64,000 nt of DNA from Vicugna vicugna (lineage: Eukaryota): contig MU058252.1 of NCBI GenBank assembly GCA_013265495.1, forward strand, positions 496,001-560,000, written 5' to 3'. Each line of letters begins with the position of its first letter. The stretch's first letter is position 1. The position numbers and the translations under genes were made by a program. Under the pieces are notes generated by a model, which saw nothing but the letters and a program-made list of their open reading frames with translations, was not told where the DNA came from and did not search any database. Below are positions 37,765 to 50,740 of this stretch, in pieces.

Positions 37765-38480
37765 CGTGAAAATAGACATTATTTTTTAGAGAAATTTTAT
37801 TTTATTTTTTAAAATTTATTTATTTTACTTTTTTGTGGGGGGGGTAGTCCCATTTGTTTATTTATTTTTAGGGGAGGTTTTGGGGTTGAACCCAGGACCT
37901 TGTGCATGGGAAGCATGCGCTCTATCAATTAAGCTATACCCTCCCCCCAGAGCAATTTTAGATTCATAGCAAATTGGAGTAGAAAAGACAGAGAGCTCTC
38001 ATATACCCCCTCCCCCTCCACTAACCTGACACATAGCCTCCCCCATGGTCAACACCCCCACCAGAGTGGTACCTTTGTTACCACGACGGACATCCCCTGA
38101 CACAGCATCACCCGAAGTCTGTTGCTTACGTTAGGGTTCACTCTTGGTGTTGCAAGTTCTCTGGGTTTGGATACATTTATAACGACTGCATCCAGCATCG
38201 AAGCATCATCCAGAATGGTTTCACTGCCCTAAAATCCTCTGTGCTCTGTCCACTCTTCTGTGCCTCTCCTAACCCCTGGCAATTACTGATCTTTTTACTG
38301 TTTCCACAGCTTTGCCTTTTTCAGAAGGTCAGATAGTTCAATTCCTACAGGATGGAGCTTTTTCAGAGTGGCTTCTTTCACTTTGCAATATGCATTTGCG
38401 GTCCTCCTTTTAGGTCTTCTTGTGGTTTGATAGCTCATTTCTTTTTAGAATGATACTCCATTGTATGGAGGTACCACAAT
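37765..38480 (-). mobile_element. Old L1M (L1MB-like) 3' end
   Basis: Typical 3'UTR tracts (ttagggttcactcttggtgttg, aatggtttcactgccctaaaatcctctgtgct). Confidence 0.75.
37800..37948 (-). mobile_element. Vic-1-type SINE inserted in an old L1 3' end
   Basis: TSD agag(a/c)aatttta at 37788-37799 and 37949-37960. Confidence 0.88.
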
Positions 38481-39676
38481 AATAATTACCCTTTAGCTTT
38501 GCAGACTATCCAAAGCTCTTCTGGAGCCTTCTGATCTGTTCCCTCTGGACAAGTTGCCCACAGTTGTCGTCCTGCAATCTCCCTTCACCCTGATCCTGGA
38601 AATTCTCTTCGTCTCTCTTCTGTCCCTTCATCATTCAACAGATAGGTACTGAGAGCTTATCTATGTGTGCCTGGCATTGTTTGGGGAACCAGGATACAGC
38701 AATGAATAGAATGAAACAAAAATTTCTTTCCATTTGGAACTTGCCTTCGGATGGGAGAGAGAGACAGAAGGTAAGAAAACTGCGTGGGGTGTTCATTCCA
38801 GGCATGCAAGGCTGCTTCAATATTAAAAAAAAAAATCTATGAATGTAACCTCCTATATTGACAAGCTAAAGAAGAAAAATCGCANNNNNNNNNNNNNNNN
38901 NNNNNNNNNNNNNNNNNNNNNNNNNNNNNNNNNNNNNNNNNNNNNNNNNNNNNNNNNNNNNNNNNNNNNNNNNNNNNNNNNNNNNNNNNNNNNNNNNNNN
39001 NNNNNNNNNNNNNCTTGAGCTAACACACTTAACAGGGAAGGACTGAATGCTCTTTCCCTGAGATCCAGAATAAGGCAAAAATGTCCNNNNNNNNNNNNNN
39101 NNNNNNNNNNNNNNNNNNNNNNNNNNNNNNNNNNNNNNNNNNNNNNNNNNNNNNNNNNNNNNNNNNNNNNNNNNNNNNNNNNNNNNNNNNNNNNNNNNNN
39201 NNNNNNNNNNNNNNNNNNNNNNNNNNNNNNNNNNNNNNNNNNNNNNNNNNNNNNNNNNNNNNNNNNNNNNNNNNNNNNNNNNNNNNNNNNNNNNNNNNNN
39301 NNNNNNNNNNNNNNNNNNNNGAAATAAAAGAACCCGTATTTGAACATGCCATAATTGTGTATACTGAGAATCCCAATAAATCTAAAAAACACAAACAAAC
39401 CTTCTACAGTACCATTTATAATTACTAAAAAATGGAAATATTTACTGTAAATATAACAAAACATATGCAGGATTTGTATGCTGAAAACTACACAATGCTG
39501 CTGAAAGAAATCAACGAAAACCTACATAAACGGAGAGACATGGCTCATTGATGGTCTGGAAGATCCAACACAGTAAAGATATCAGTTCTTTCAAAACTGA
39601 TATACAGGTTAACTCAATTCCTATCAAAATCCCAGCAAGAGTTTTGTAGATAAAGAGAAGATTATTTTAAAATTTA

Positions 39677-39955
39677 GTTGGGGGAGGGATAAATAAGAAA
39701 TTTGGGATTAACAGTTACACATTACTATATATAAAACAGGTAAACAACAAGGACCTACTGTACAGCACAGGGAACTATATTCAATTTCTCGTAATAAGCT
39801 ATAATGGAAAAGAATCTGAAAAAATATATACATATGGATCTCTATAACTGAATTACTTTGCTGTACACCTGAAACTAACATTGTAAATCAACTACACATC
39901 AATAAAAATAAAATTAAAAAAATAAAATGCTACCAAACAGCATTGCAAAAAAAAT
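39677..39955 (+). mobile_element. Younger 5'-truncated cetartiodactyl-type L1 3' end with short 3' transduction
   Basis: aacaacaaggacctactgtacagcacagggaacta signature; TSD aaaattta at 39669-39676 and 39952-39959. Confidence 0.8.
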
Positions 39956-40156
39956 TTACATGGAAAGGAGAAGGAACTAGAACACGTAACATGTTTTTGA
40001 AAAAGAATAAAGTGGGAGAGTCACGCTCCCCCATATTGAGGCTTATTCTGTTGCTATGGCAATCAAGACAGTGTGGTATCAGCAGAGGGATGAGACGTGC
40101 ATTAAGGGAACAGAACAGAGAACACACAGCCGCACATATATGCTCAACTGATTTTT

Positions 40157-40282
40157 TTTGAATTTTGGGTTTTTTAGGGGGGTAGTTTATCTTGCTTATT
40201 TTAGTGGAGGGACTGGGGATTGAACCCAGGACCTCATGCATGCTAAGCACACTCTCTACCACTTGAACTGTACCCTTCCCCC
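40157..40282 (-). mobile_element. Vic-1-type SINE inserted in L1 ORF2
   Basis: Perfect 17-bp TSD atgctcaactgattttt at 40140-40156 and 40283-40299. Confidence 0.92.
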
Positions 40283-41467
40283 ATGCTCAACTGATTTTTG
40301 ACAGCAGTGCAAAAGCAACTCGATGGAGAAAAGATAACCTTTCACCAAATGATGCTGGAACAACTGGACGTTCAAAGACAAAAAAATGAACCCCTCTTAC
40401 TTCTCATACCTTATACAACACTAACTCAAAATGGACCACAGATTTAAATGTAAAAGATAAAATTATACAATGCTTAGAAAAAATACCAGAGAAAATCTTT
40501 GGGCTCTGGGGCTAGGTGAAGAATTCTTTGACTTGGCACCAAACGCACAATCTATAAAAGGAAAAATGGATAAATATTTTTAAAACTTTGCTCTTGAAAG
40601 GTTCTGCTAAGGGGATGACAATAAAAGCTAAAGGGCAGCAGAAAATAGGTGTGACCCACATGTCAGACAAATGACCAGCATTTAGACCATATGAAGAATG
40701 CGTAAGTTAAAACTCAGAGGTAAAAAAAGCTGATGCAATCCAATTAGAAAATGAGCAAAAGACATGAACAGACACTTCACCAGAGAGAACATACTGATAG
40801 CAGATAAGCCTACGGAAGGCTGTTCACCATCTCTAGACGTCAGACAACATGCCTATCAGAACAGCTAAACTAGGAACTAGCCACAACACCTAATGCTGAC
40901 GAAGATGTAGAGAAACTGAATGACTCACCCATACATCACTGTTGGGAACACAAACTGGTCCTCTGGAAAACAGCTTGGCAGTGTCTTATCAAACTAAACA
41001 TGCACTTAACACAGTAATTGCACTCTTGGGCATTTATCCCAGAGAAACGAAAACTTATGTTCACCCCCAAATCTGCCTCTGAATGTTCATAGCAGCTTTA
41101 TTCGTAATAGATCCAAACTGGAAGCCACCCAAGCGTCCTTGGGTGGGTGAGTGGCGAGTTAAACAAACGTGCACAGCCACACTATGGGATGCTTCAGAGC
41201 AATGACAAGGAATAAGCAATTGATGCACACGGNNNNNNNNNNNNNNNNNNNNNNNNNNNNNNNNNNNNNNNNNNNNNNNNNNNNNNNNNNNNNNNNNNNN
41301 NNNNNNNNNNNNNNNNNNNNNNNNNNNNNNNNNNNNNNNNNNNNNNNNNNNNNNNNNNNNNNNNNNNNNNNNNNNNNGAGGGGGTGGAGATGGGAGGGAA
41401 GTGGATGTGACTATAAAGGGCACCTTGAGGAATTCTGTGGTGATGGAAATGGTCCTCATCTTCACTG

Positions 41468-41925
41468 CTGTGCTAAGTTGCCAATGGCTCCCAAAGGTAG
41501 GTCCACATCCTTCTGCCCGGAACTTGTACATGCTGCCTTCTTTGGAAAAAAGATCTTTGCAGATGTAATTAAATTAAGGATTTTGAGATGAGGAGATTAT
41601 CCTGGATTACCCGTGTGAGTTTCAAATGTCATTACAAGTGTCCTTATAAGAGAGAGGTGGAAAGAGATTACACACACGTGGGTGTGCACACACGCACACA
41701 GGAGAAGGTGATGTGAAGACAGAGGAGAGAAAGATGCAGTGGACCAGCCTCAGAAGTTGGAAGAAACGAGGACAGAGTCTCCTACAGAGCCCTGGGGAGG
41801 GGCACTGCCCTGCCTGCACCCTGGTGCAGGACTCTCGCTCCAAAACTGTGAGAGAATAGATTTCTGTTGTTTTAAATTGCCTAGTTGGTGGTAATTTTTG
41901 ACAGTAAACCACAGAAAACCAACAC
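41468..41925 (+). mobile_element. MaLR LTR (MLT1C/D-like) nested in the old L1 3'UTR
   Basis: tttgcagatgtaattaaattaaggattttgagatg...ttgttttaa. Confidence 0.85.
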
Positions 41926-42149
41926 AGTAAGTGTATTTTGTACAATAGTTTTGCAAGAAGTCACCATTGGGAAAAACTGAAGGATGAACAGGGCCTCTCT
42001 TAATTATTTCTTACAGCGGTGTGTGAATCTACAATTATCCCCAGATAAAACAGGGGTTACCAGCCTGGTGCGTCAAAGGACCCGCAGTGTAGCGGGAGGG
42101 CTCTGAGCTCACAGAGACCATGGCCTCTGTGTGTCACCCAAAGCTGGGG

Positions 42150-43300
42150 AAGAGGGACCATGCAGGGCCTTGCAGGCTATTTTGAGGACTTTGTCTTTCT
42201 GGTGAGTGAGATGGGAGCTGCTGGAGGACTTGAGCAGAACAGACACGATCTGACTTCCATGCAGCTGGACCAATACGGTGGCCATGCTGCGCAATCACCA
42301 ACGGGGCAAGAGCAGGGAGGCCAGCTAGGAGGCCAGCCAACCACTCGGATGATACAGAGACTAGGGCAGGTTTGAATAAAAGGTAGCCACAGAGATGGTG
42401 AGAAATAGTTGCATTCTGAGTATATCTTGAAAGCAGAGCTGGTGGGATTTGCTCTCAGGTTGACCATGGGGGTGACAGGAAGCAGGTTCATGACGGTTAC
42501 AGGGCTGCGGCCGAGCCCTGGGGGATGGAGCTGCCGTTCACTCATGTGAAGACTGGGAGGAGCATGTCTGGGGAAGACGTCAGAAGCTCCATTTTGAACA
42601 CGATCCATTTGAGATGCTTGTTAGACATTCAAGAAGAGATGTCCAGCTGGCACTTGGATGCGGGAGTCTGGCTTTTGGGCTGGAAGTGTATATTTAGGAG
42701 TCAACATTTAGGTGGTGTTCATGCCAGGAGACCGGATAAGTGCCCCGAGGGGATGAACGTGGGTAGGGAAGAGATCCAAAACCCGAGCCTCAGGGCAGCC
42801 CAGCATTAAGGGGTCAAATAAACAGAGAAGCCAGGAAAGGATGAGGAGAAGGACCTATCACGAACAAGGAGGGAAACCAGAAGAATGTAGCATACTGGAA
42901 GCCAGTTTGAGAAAACATCTGAGGGAGAAGGGAGTGACCATTGTGTCAAATGTTGCCAATGGCCACTGAATTTGAGGACTGAGAAGAGGCCACAGGCTAC
43001 AGCCATGAGGAGGCTGTTGGTGCACTTTGATCGCAGCAGCCTTGGTGGGTCCACGGGGCAAAGGGAAGAAGAGGAGTTACAGATGCAAGCACAGCTGACC
43101 CTTTAGAGAAGTTTTGCAGTGAAGGGGAGCAAAAAATGGGGCGGTAGCCAGAGGGAGAAACGGGGCTGAAAAGGTTTCTTTAAATTGAGAGAATTAACAG
43201 TATGTTTGTAGGTGATGAGAGAGCCAGTGGAGGGAAAAATTCATGAAGCTGGGAGGGCAGGAACAATTTCTGGAGCAATGTCTTTGAGGAGGTGGAGGGG
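42150..43300 (-). mobile_element. L2 fragment
   Basis: tttgagatgcttgttagacattcaag...tgtcaaatgttgc tracts. Confidence 0.75.
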
Positions 43301-43324
43301 AGGCATGGATCCTTCACTTACAGC

Positions 43325-43420
43325 AGCAGTTTTCAACCTCAGATGCGCGTTGAAATCATCTGGGGTCATTTAAAGAGCCCCATGCCCAGGCCACAACCCT
43401 AACGCATTAAATCGGGGGTG
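43325..43420. mobile_element. MER5-like fragment
   Basis: cagcagttttcaacct...aaatcatctgggg. Confidence 0.5.
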
Positions 43421-44279
43421 CTGGGATGACTTGGCAGAGAACAGGTGGGAAGGAAGGGTTCTGGGGCACAGAGGCAGCGGGGTGGGCCGAGTGACTGTGG
43501 GAGAAGCTCTCTTCTGATGGCTGCTGTTTCCTCGGTGAATCGGGAGCAAGCTCGCAAGTGAGTGTGAGGACAGGGAGGAGGCTTGGGAGGCCCGAGGAGA
43601 GGAGGAGGTATGGGTGATGACTTAGGGGTGAGCGGGCTGCGGCCACTGGTGATAAGAGGTCTAGGGTGAGACTGTGGAAGCAAGTGGCCAAGGGAGGCGG
43701 GGGACAGGATTGTCAGGGCAAAGGACTTCAAGAAACTGCAGGATTCTGGAAGTCTCCTCTACGTGGATATTCAAATTATCAGGAATTAAGACAGGAGCAG
43801 CAGTGGAGAGTGTGACAGCGAGCTGGGAGGGTTCCCTCTGGACCCCAGTCACCGGAGGGGTGTGGCTGGGGGAGGGGCAGCTCTACCGCCCCCTCATCCT
43901 GCTGTTTATGCTTCAGCAAACTGAACCACCTAACCGTCCCAGATACTGAGCTGGAATTCCTGTTTCTTGTGTCCCATAGCTTCCTCTTTCTTTAATGCCG
44001 TATTTGTGTGGCAGTTCAATTCCTTGTCTGGGTGACAGGTCTTCATAATTTATTACTATTACTACTATTGCCAAGACTATTGCAGGAGCCTCCTTACCGA
44101 TGTTCCTACTTCCAGTCTCGCTCCACTCCACCTGTTCACTGACGAACCCCACCTCTTCTCCACGTTTCCTCCAGAAGAACTTTTTGAACCACCACATCTG
44201 TTACTTCCTTGCTGAAAACCCTGCCGTGACTCACTGTCCCTAACAATGCTGCTCTCTTGCTGCGCCGGGCACGGCTTTT

Positions 44280-44400
44280 AGTGTCTCGTGGGCATTCTTC
44301 ACTCTAACCCTCACAGTCACACCGAAGGGGTGTCCTGTCATTATCTGTATTTTACAGGGGATGAAACTGAGGCATAGAGGGGTTCGATGGCTTGCCCCAA
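44280..44400 (-). mobile_element. MIR
   Basis: ttttacaggggatgaaactgaggcatagag. Confidence 0.65.
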
Positions 44401-44529
44401 GCGTGTAAAGCCGACATTATCACACTGTGAAAGTTTCTCGTAACAGATCGGCCTCCCTGCACAACTTCATTTCTTACCATTTCCTCCCACCTTCAACTTA
44501 ATGCTTCATTGAAGCTGAATTACTTAAAG

Positions 44530-45500
44530 GTCTGAGGATCAGTCAGGCTCCCAGCAGGAAGTATATGGCACAGAAAAAAGGTTTAACTGAAGAAGGTTAA
44601 TGAAGGGCCTCTTTGTGAGATGTGGGTGGGGCTAAGGGAACCAATGATGATGAAGCCTCCAGACACCAGCACCCAAGGGAGACCAAGGGCACGGGGAGCA
44701 GGACCACATGGAGTCAAGGCTGTGGAAGACAGCCTGCCTAGCAGGGGCTCTAGGGACGTGCAGCCACTGTCACACCCATGACCTACCTCTCCTCCAAACC
44801 TCTGATTTCTGCCAGTGCTTCCACTGGCCACAACCAACTAGAAGCCAGAAGGTGGGGGAGCCCGGGTGATTCAGTCTGTCGAGGTCAGCCTGCTGGGGCA
44901 CAAAGCAGGCAGGAGAAGATGGAGAGTGGGTCAGGAGGGGCAGAGGGTCTCTGTCCTTTGTCCATGGTCCCACCCAGGGGAAACACCGGGTCCCATCAGC
45001 CATCCATCACAGTGAGGTTCTGTCCGTCGGTCATCCTTCCAATAGGAGCCAAAAGAACAGCGTTAGTGACCAACGTTGCTCTTCCTAGAAAGTAAAAGGA
45101 AAAAAGGAAGAAAACAAAAAGCCCACTTGTTGCTGATCACAAGGCCTGAGCTCATGCTCTTAGCTTCCTTCTTCCACAGCCCGGTCCGTATTTCCCTTGC
45201 CTTTTGTCTGCACTTTCCTTGTTTGGTTTTACCTGTTGGGGTGGCCCAATTATTCGTTCCCACAAGATCCAAGTTCTCCGTGGTCTTGTCTTTCTTGAGT
45301 CCCTGCAGTTTCCCACTGGCCATACTTTTGGACAGGGGAGACTGGGCGTGACTCCCACAAATCCTCTGGTTCATATTCTGTCCCCCTTCCCCTATTAATC
45401 AGCCCATCCAGGACAGCGAGCTCCTTTGGTGTCTGTTGGTTCAGCAGCACGAGAAGCCCCAATGTGGCCAGTAGCAAACCTGAGCTTCCAGTCTAACAGG
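44530..45500 (-). mobile_element. ERVL-class remnant: internal dUTPase-like segment (~45100-45500) plus 3' LTR
   Basis: ORF 45250..45477 LGLLVLLNQQTPKELAVLDGLIN resembles ERVL/MaLR internal FGLLMPLNQQAKKGVTVLAGVID. Confidence 0.6.
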
Positions 45501-46699
45501 ATCAAGATTCTGTTCTCTGAGGAAAGTGTCCCTTCTTGTGCGCTAGGACCTCCAAGCCTCCTGAGCCCAAGGCTACGGGGGAGAAGCGAGCGTTCTGTAA
45601 GAAGGTTATTCCACGAAACAGTGAGAGAGGCACGTCCACCTCACCCTAGTCCTTTTGCACATTCGCACTCCTGCTGATCGCTTCCTGCCTTCTCTGTCCT
45701 TGAATCTTCCAGGCTATACTCGAGACCAACTCGCGTCTCTGGGGACACCTTGTCATAGGACAGGCCCTCTGCGTTCTGGCTACGGGGGAAATAGTGCCAT
45801 GTATACGGGGTTATCTCCTAGGGGACACACCATGCCCACGAGGAGGGCACCTCGCCTTGCAGGGTGCTGTCCTCCAGTGGATGCAAACACTGAGCCTCTG
45901 AGCGTCGATTCCCCAGTTCATCCCAACAGACGCAACTGAGTATCTCGGTAACTGTGCACAGACCGGCGAACTCCACGGACGTGAACTCAGTGCCACACGC
46001 CTTTCACTGTCTAATGAGTTCCTTGGTTGGAGAGGATGTTCTGTGGGTTACCATGACAATGAATGGGGCATTCTGAAAATCTGGTGCTGGCAGAAGTTCA
46101 GCAAGGAGGGAAAGCAAGTCTGTATCTGGAACAGGACTTCATTCCTAAGGGAACAAATTACCAGCCCCCTCCATGAAGGAGCAATACAAATTATTAGCCT
46201 GGCCCCCCAGGGGGAGGCCTCGTGCTGGGCATTCAGTGTCGGTCTTTGCTAGGATTCATCCGTTTGGGGTCTCAGTGGAGAAGAAGCCACATTAGCCCTA
46301 GTGAAGAAGCTCCGGAGTGAGAGGGGAAAGAGGCTGACGGCCATTCGCAGGGCAGACTGATCACTCCATCAGCCCGATTATCGAGGGCCTCCCCTGCAGT
46401 GGGACTTTCATGCCACCTCGGTATCTTCACACGCTCACCCTGGAACTTCCCTCCAATGCCTCTTGCCCAGACTTCCTGGTCTTGACCACTCAAGGTTCCC
46501 AACCAGCCAGCCAATCTATTGCCGATCGCTCATTAGTCAGCGTAGACCCACAGCCCCAAGCCACCTCTCCTGCAAAGCAAAGCAGACAGCCAGAACGACT
46601 GGCCGAAACGCGACGACTGAGAGGCTGAGAACCCTGCCAGGCTAGGCTGTGGGGCAGCCAGACAGCTGAGCAAACGTTGCTCTGGGTGTTTGTGTCGGG

Positions 46700-46865
46700 G
46701 TGTCGGGGAATTTTTCTCAGTGACTCTTGATGGTGAACATCTTTTCATGTGCTTATCTGCCATTTGTATATCTTCTTTGGTCAAGTGTTTGTCTGAACCT
46801 TTTGTATTTGTTTTTTGCATGTGTCTGGTAATTTTTATTGAATTCTGGGCATAGCATTTGAAGAA
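46700..46865 (-). mobile_element. L1 ORF2 fragment
   Basis: HLTKEDIQMADKHMKRCS in ORF 46533..47069. Confidence 0.8.
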
Positions 46866-47663
46866 GAGGCTACAGAGGATGTTATGTTCCTGTTCTCTAC
46901 CTATAGACCGATGCATGTGGTCAAACTGCCTTGGACCAGTTAAGGATGGGCTTCCGGCTTTGTGCAGGCTGGCCTGTTTCTGGTATATCCCATCTCCTGC
47001 AGCAGGGCCGTCAGCATCCCCAGATGGAAACCTGGGGCATTTTCCATGTTCTTTCCACCTGGTGGGCACTGAGCCTCATGAACTGTCTCCCCTACGCGCT
47101 GAGCCTGCCGAAGGGACTGCCTTTAAGCATCTAAACAGATGCTTTCTGTTTAATTTCTGCCAGCTTGTTCCAGAAGGCTAGGAGACTGGGGGTGCCATCC
47201 TGGGTGTGGGCACAGGCTGGGGTCCCCTCTCAGCTCCAGCATCCCAAGGATATGACGATCTTTCCTCCTGGGCCTGGACTCTGAAATTCTAGGAAGCTTT
47301 TCTAGTGAATCTGGTGACTCTGTGGGAGCCCTGCCTCTCACCTCAGAAGCACCTGTGGAGGTGAGCTGGGTCTCACGGGAGCCTCTCTGGTCCAAGCAGG
47401 CAGGGAGAAGCGTGAAGTGGAAATCTTGCCCGTGCCCAGGGTTCCTTGCTCTTCCAAGAGTAAGAATCCTACCAGGAAGATGCCAGAGGAGGCTGGGGAG
47501 GGAAGGGGGATGTGCTGGGGGAAGGCCAGTGGCTGAGGCTTTATCCCTGTCCCTGCCCTTCAGTCTAGAGCAAGCCTCTCGGCAAGCAGAACACCCACAG
47601 CTGGGCCCCAGGACTCAGGTTTTACCTGAAGCCCGGCCTTGGCAAGCCCCGCTCAGGGCGCCA

Positions 47664-47681
47664 AGTGCCCCCTAGTGGCCC
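47664..47681 (-). promoter_or_regulatory. CTCF motif (GGCCACTAGGGGGCACT)
   Basis: Near-consensus match read by eye. Confidence 0.7.
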
Positions 47682-48071
47682 TTGTGGGAAGACGCCCTTG
47701 CGCTCTGATGTGAGGAGCTGGCAGGAGTAGAAATCTTCCAGGAAAAGGAAGGAACAGAAACATCTCACTTAGGCAGCTAATAGCCTCAAATGGGCCCTAC
47801 GTCATTCGTCTTTTTAAAAAAAATTTAACTATTTCTAACGAAAAATTAAAACATACACACAAGCTGGCTGACTGGTCTAATGAACCCTGTGCCCCCATCA
47901 CCCCTTTCAACACCTCACAGTCTTGTTTCATTTATTCTCCTCTCCCTCTTTCCTGTATTATCTTAAATAATCATGTTATTTCATTTGTAAATATTTCAGT
48001 GTGTATCTCTAAGAGATAAAGACTTCTTTTTATTAAAATATTTTAATATAAAATGTTAAAATGTTTTAAAT

Positions 48072-48135
48072 AGGTCCTGGGTTCAAGCTCCAATGCCTCC
48101 GTTAAGGGGAAAAACTAAAAGTAAAAAATAAATAA
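48072..48135 (+). mobile_element. 5'-truncated Vic-1-type SINE
   Basis: Starts at ggtcctgggttcaa; flanked by aaaatgttttaaa on both sides. Confidence 0.75.
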
Positions 48136-48267
48136 AAATGTTTTAAAGAAAGAGATAAAGAATATATTTTATAACTATATTAAAATTATAAAAACACAAA
48201 ATATTAAACGATAGTATTCACCACTTAATCAGCTGTGTGACATTGGGCAAGTTACTTATCTCTCGGT

Positions 48268-48690
48268 GGTAGCCTGATAATGGCTCCCAAAATATCAGAT
48301 CCTAATTGCTGGAAACTGTAATTATTACCTTGTTTGGAAAAGGATCTTTGCAGATGTGATTAAGGGTGTGGATGTGGAGAGACCATCTCGGATTATCTGG
48401 GAGGCCCTAAATGTAATCACATTATCTGTGTAAGAGAGGTGGGGGGAGGTCTGAAGAGACATGGAGAAGGTGCTGTGAGGACAGGGCAGAGAGATGTCAG
48501 GATGCTGGCCTGGAAGGTGGCAGTGACACGGCCAAGACACAAGGAACAGCCACCAGAAGCTGGAAGAAGTAAGGAACAGCTTCTCCCCTAGGGCCGCGGA
48601 GGGAGCAAGCGTGGTCCTGCCACCTGGATGTCAGACTCTGGTCTCCAGAGCTGGGAGAGAAAAAGTCTCTGTTGTGCAAGCCACCAGGGA
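48268..48690 (+). mobile_element. MaLR LTR (MLT1D-like)
   Basis: ataatggctcccaaa...gatctttgcagatgtgattaag...ccagaagctggaag. Confidence 0.85.
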
Positions 48691-50229
48691 AACAAAACTA
48701 CCTTCCAGAGCCTTGGTTTCCTCATCTACAAAACGCGTAGGGAGCCCCTTTGGAGGGGAGAAGAGAAACTCCCCTGGAGGCTGGGAGGTGGGGGTTACCT
48801 GGGGTCCAGCCCACCCACCTCCCTGCATCTTCACTGCTACGGGGGTGGGGGGGGGCTGTGGCCTCCAGGACCGTGTGAGCCAACCCACAGAGCTGGTCCG
48901 GGCGGGGCATCCGGGTTCTTCTGATTGACGCAGGGCCTCCCCAGGTGGCTGGGCTGCAAGAAGCATCCTCAGGCTCCCGGACCTGTTTTCCATAATGTGG
49001 GACAGAGGCTCAGAGGACGCCTGCAAGGAGAGAGCAGCTGAGGCCAGGGGAGAGAGGAGCGGAGGAAGGGAAGTGAGGAGGGAGTGGAGCTGGGCCTCCT
49101 TGTTGGAAGGGATGGCATTGAACGGGTCAGGTGAGCCCACCTTGGGGCCACCTGCCAGATCGTCTCACCTGGGGAAGCTCTGCTCCTCCTGAAACTGACC
49201 CTTTAGTTTCCAGAACACCCTGCGCTGCCCGCCCACAACCCACCCGGGCCTTGTTGGATTGCATCCTCTCAAGAACCCCAGCTCCTCCAGGGCAGACCTG
49301 GCCTCTGTCTTCCTCACTGCAGCACCGAGCACACAGTAGGAACTTGTCGAGAGGAGGAACGAGAGCAGCCAGCCTAGGATGAGGTCTGGGAGAGATTGAT
49401 TTAACAAGAACATCACCACAGGATACACTGAATCCAGCATTTAGGATTGTCCCCTCCAAGCTTCAGAACTATTCTTAATGCCACTGTCTCCACCCCATGG
49501 ACGATTGGTGCCCAGGAAAGGTGAGGTAGCCTGCCCAAGGCAAGCCAGCTTGCTGGGCAGAGCTGGCCATCAGCCTGGGTCTGTGACCCCCAGCCTGGCC
49601 TTGGAGCTTTGTGCAGTGTGCCAGTGGAGACTGGGGACAAATACAACCCTTGATACCTGCCTGCATGTGCTTATTGCCACCCTTCCTGTTTCCTTGGAGT
49701 GACTGGCCCTAAAATGGGGAAGATGTGGAAGGGTGGGACACAAAGAAGGAGCAGAGCGGGCCTGGGTCCTCCACTGCAGTCAGCCCAGAGGAGGAGTAGC
49801 CCCAGGAGGGAGTCAGGAGGGGCTGTTCGGAGGACAGCTGGGCTGGTCAGTCCATTGGGCACACGGGACCAGCTGGACAGAGAAAGGGGCCCAAGATTTA
49901 AGCCTTACAAACTGCACTGAATTTATGGGACCAGACAGACCCCAGAAGGGACTAGTCATCCATCCTGCTCCCTGACTGTTAGCTGACCTGGCTCTGGGAG
50001 CAGGAGAGAGTGGTCCAGGGTAGGGAGGGTGTGGGCAGGACCAAGGCTCCCCAGCCTGTCCCTCGCTGTCCATCTGACCCAGCTCTGCAGGAATCCACAC
50101 CGGGGACTGTGAGGGGTTCCCTCTCCTGGCAATCTGCCCACCATCCCATGTCCTGTGTGGTGCTCCCAGCTCTCTCAGCCTGATCCTGGATGTTCCAGCC
50201 CCCATCCCCGGGCCTCAGATTCCTGATGC

Positions 50230-50465
50230 TGGACCTGCATTTGTTCAACGTGTAGGGTAATGATATTGTGACTATGATTCTTTTTAAACTGTCCTTATTT
50301 TATAGAGTTACCGAGACATTAACAGAATGAAATGATTGGATGTCTGGGATTTAAAAATAAACTGGGTGGTGGGGCATGGGTGGGACAGATAGAAGAAACT
50401 GGATTAGCCTTTTCGTTATACTATTCCGTTGGCTTTTGTATATATTTGAAATTTTCCATTGAAAA
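50230..50465 (+). mobile_element. L1ME/MC-like 3' end
   Basis: Ends atatatttgaaattttccatt. Confidence 0.55.
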
Positions 50466-50565
50466 CAATTTTCCCCGGAGGATGCCAATGCAGAGACCTG
50501 GCTGCATTCCCCGCGCTGGGTTTGACCTGGGCGCCTGGGGAAGAGGCGGTGGGGACGCGTGGGCT

Positions 50566-50584
50566 CTGGCGCCACCTGGCGGCC
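50566..50584 (-). promoter_or_regulatory. CTCF motif (GGCCGCCAGGTGGCGCCA) in a small CpG island (~50480-50900)
   Basis: Near-consensus match with CpGs retained. Confidence 0.7.
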
Positions 50585-50720
50585 CTCGCGGGACCGACAC
50601 GCTGCGATGCTCCCCGGGCTCTCAGGAGCATCCGCCTGGCAAACGGGGCGCTCCAACCCGAGCCGGCCCCCCAAGCCACGCCACGCCAGGCTAGGGCCCC
50701 TCCGGAAGCCCCTGCAGCAC

Positions 50721-50740
50721 CCCAACCCAACCCAACCCAA
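50721..50740 (-). repeat. (TTGGG)4, canonical G-quadruplex motif
   Basis: Plus strand cccaa x4. Confidence 0.85.

Larger units (their letters stand above)
38780..42050 (+). mobile_element. Degenerate old L1 (ORF2 C-half plus 3'UTR) with nested L1, SINE and MLT1 insertions and three N-runs
   Basis: ORF2-like stretches (aactcaaaatggaccacagatttaaatgtaaaa, cttgggcatttatcccagagaaa) with stops and frameshifts. Confidence 0.85.

Noticed and set aside
38780-42050. Potentially active L1
   Set aside because: No 5'UTR or ORF1; stops, frameshifts and nested insertions.
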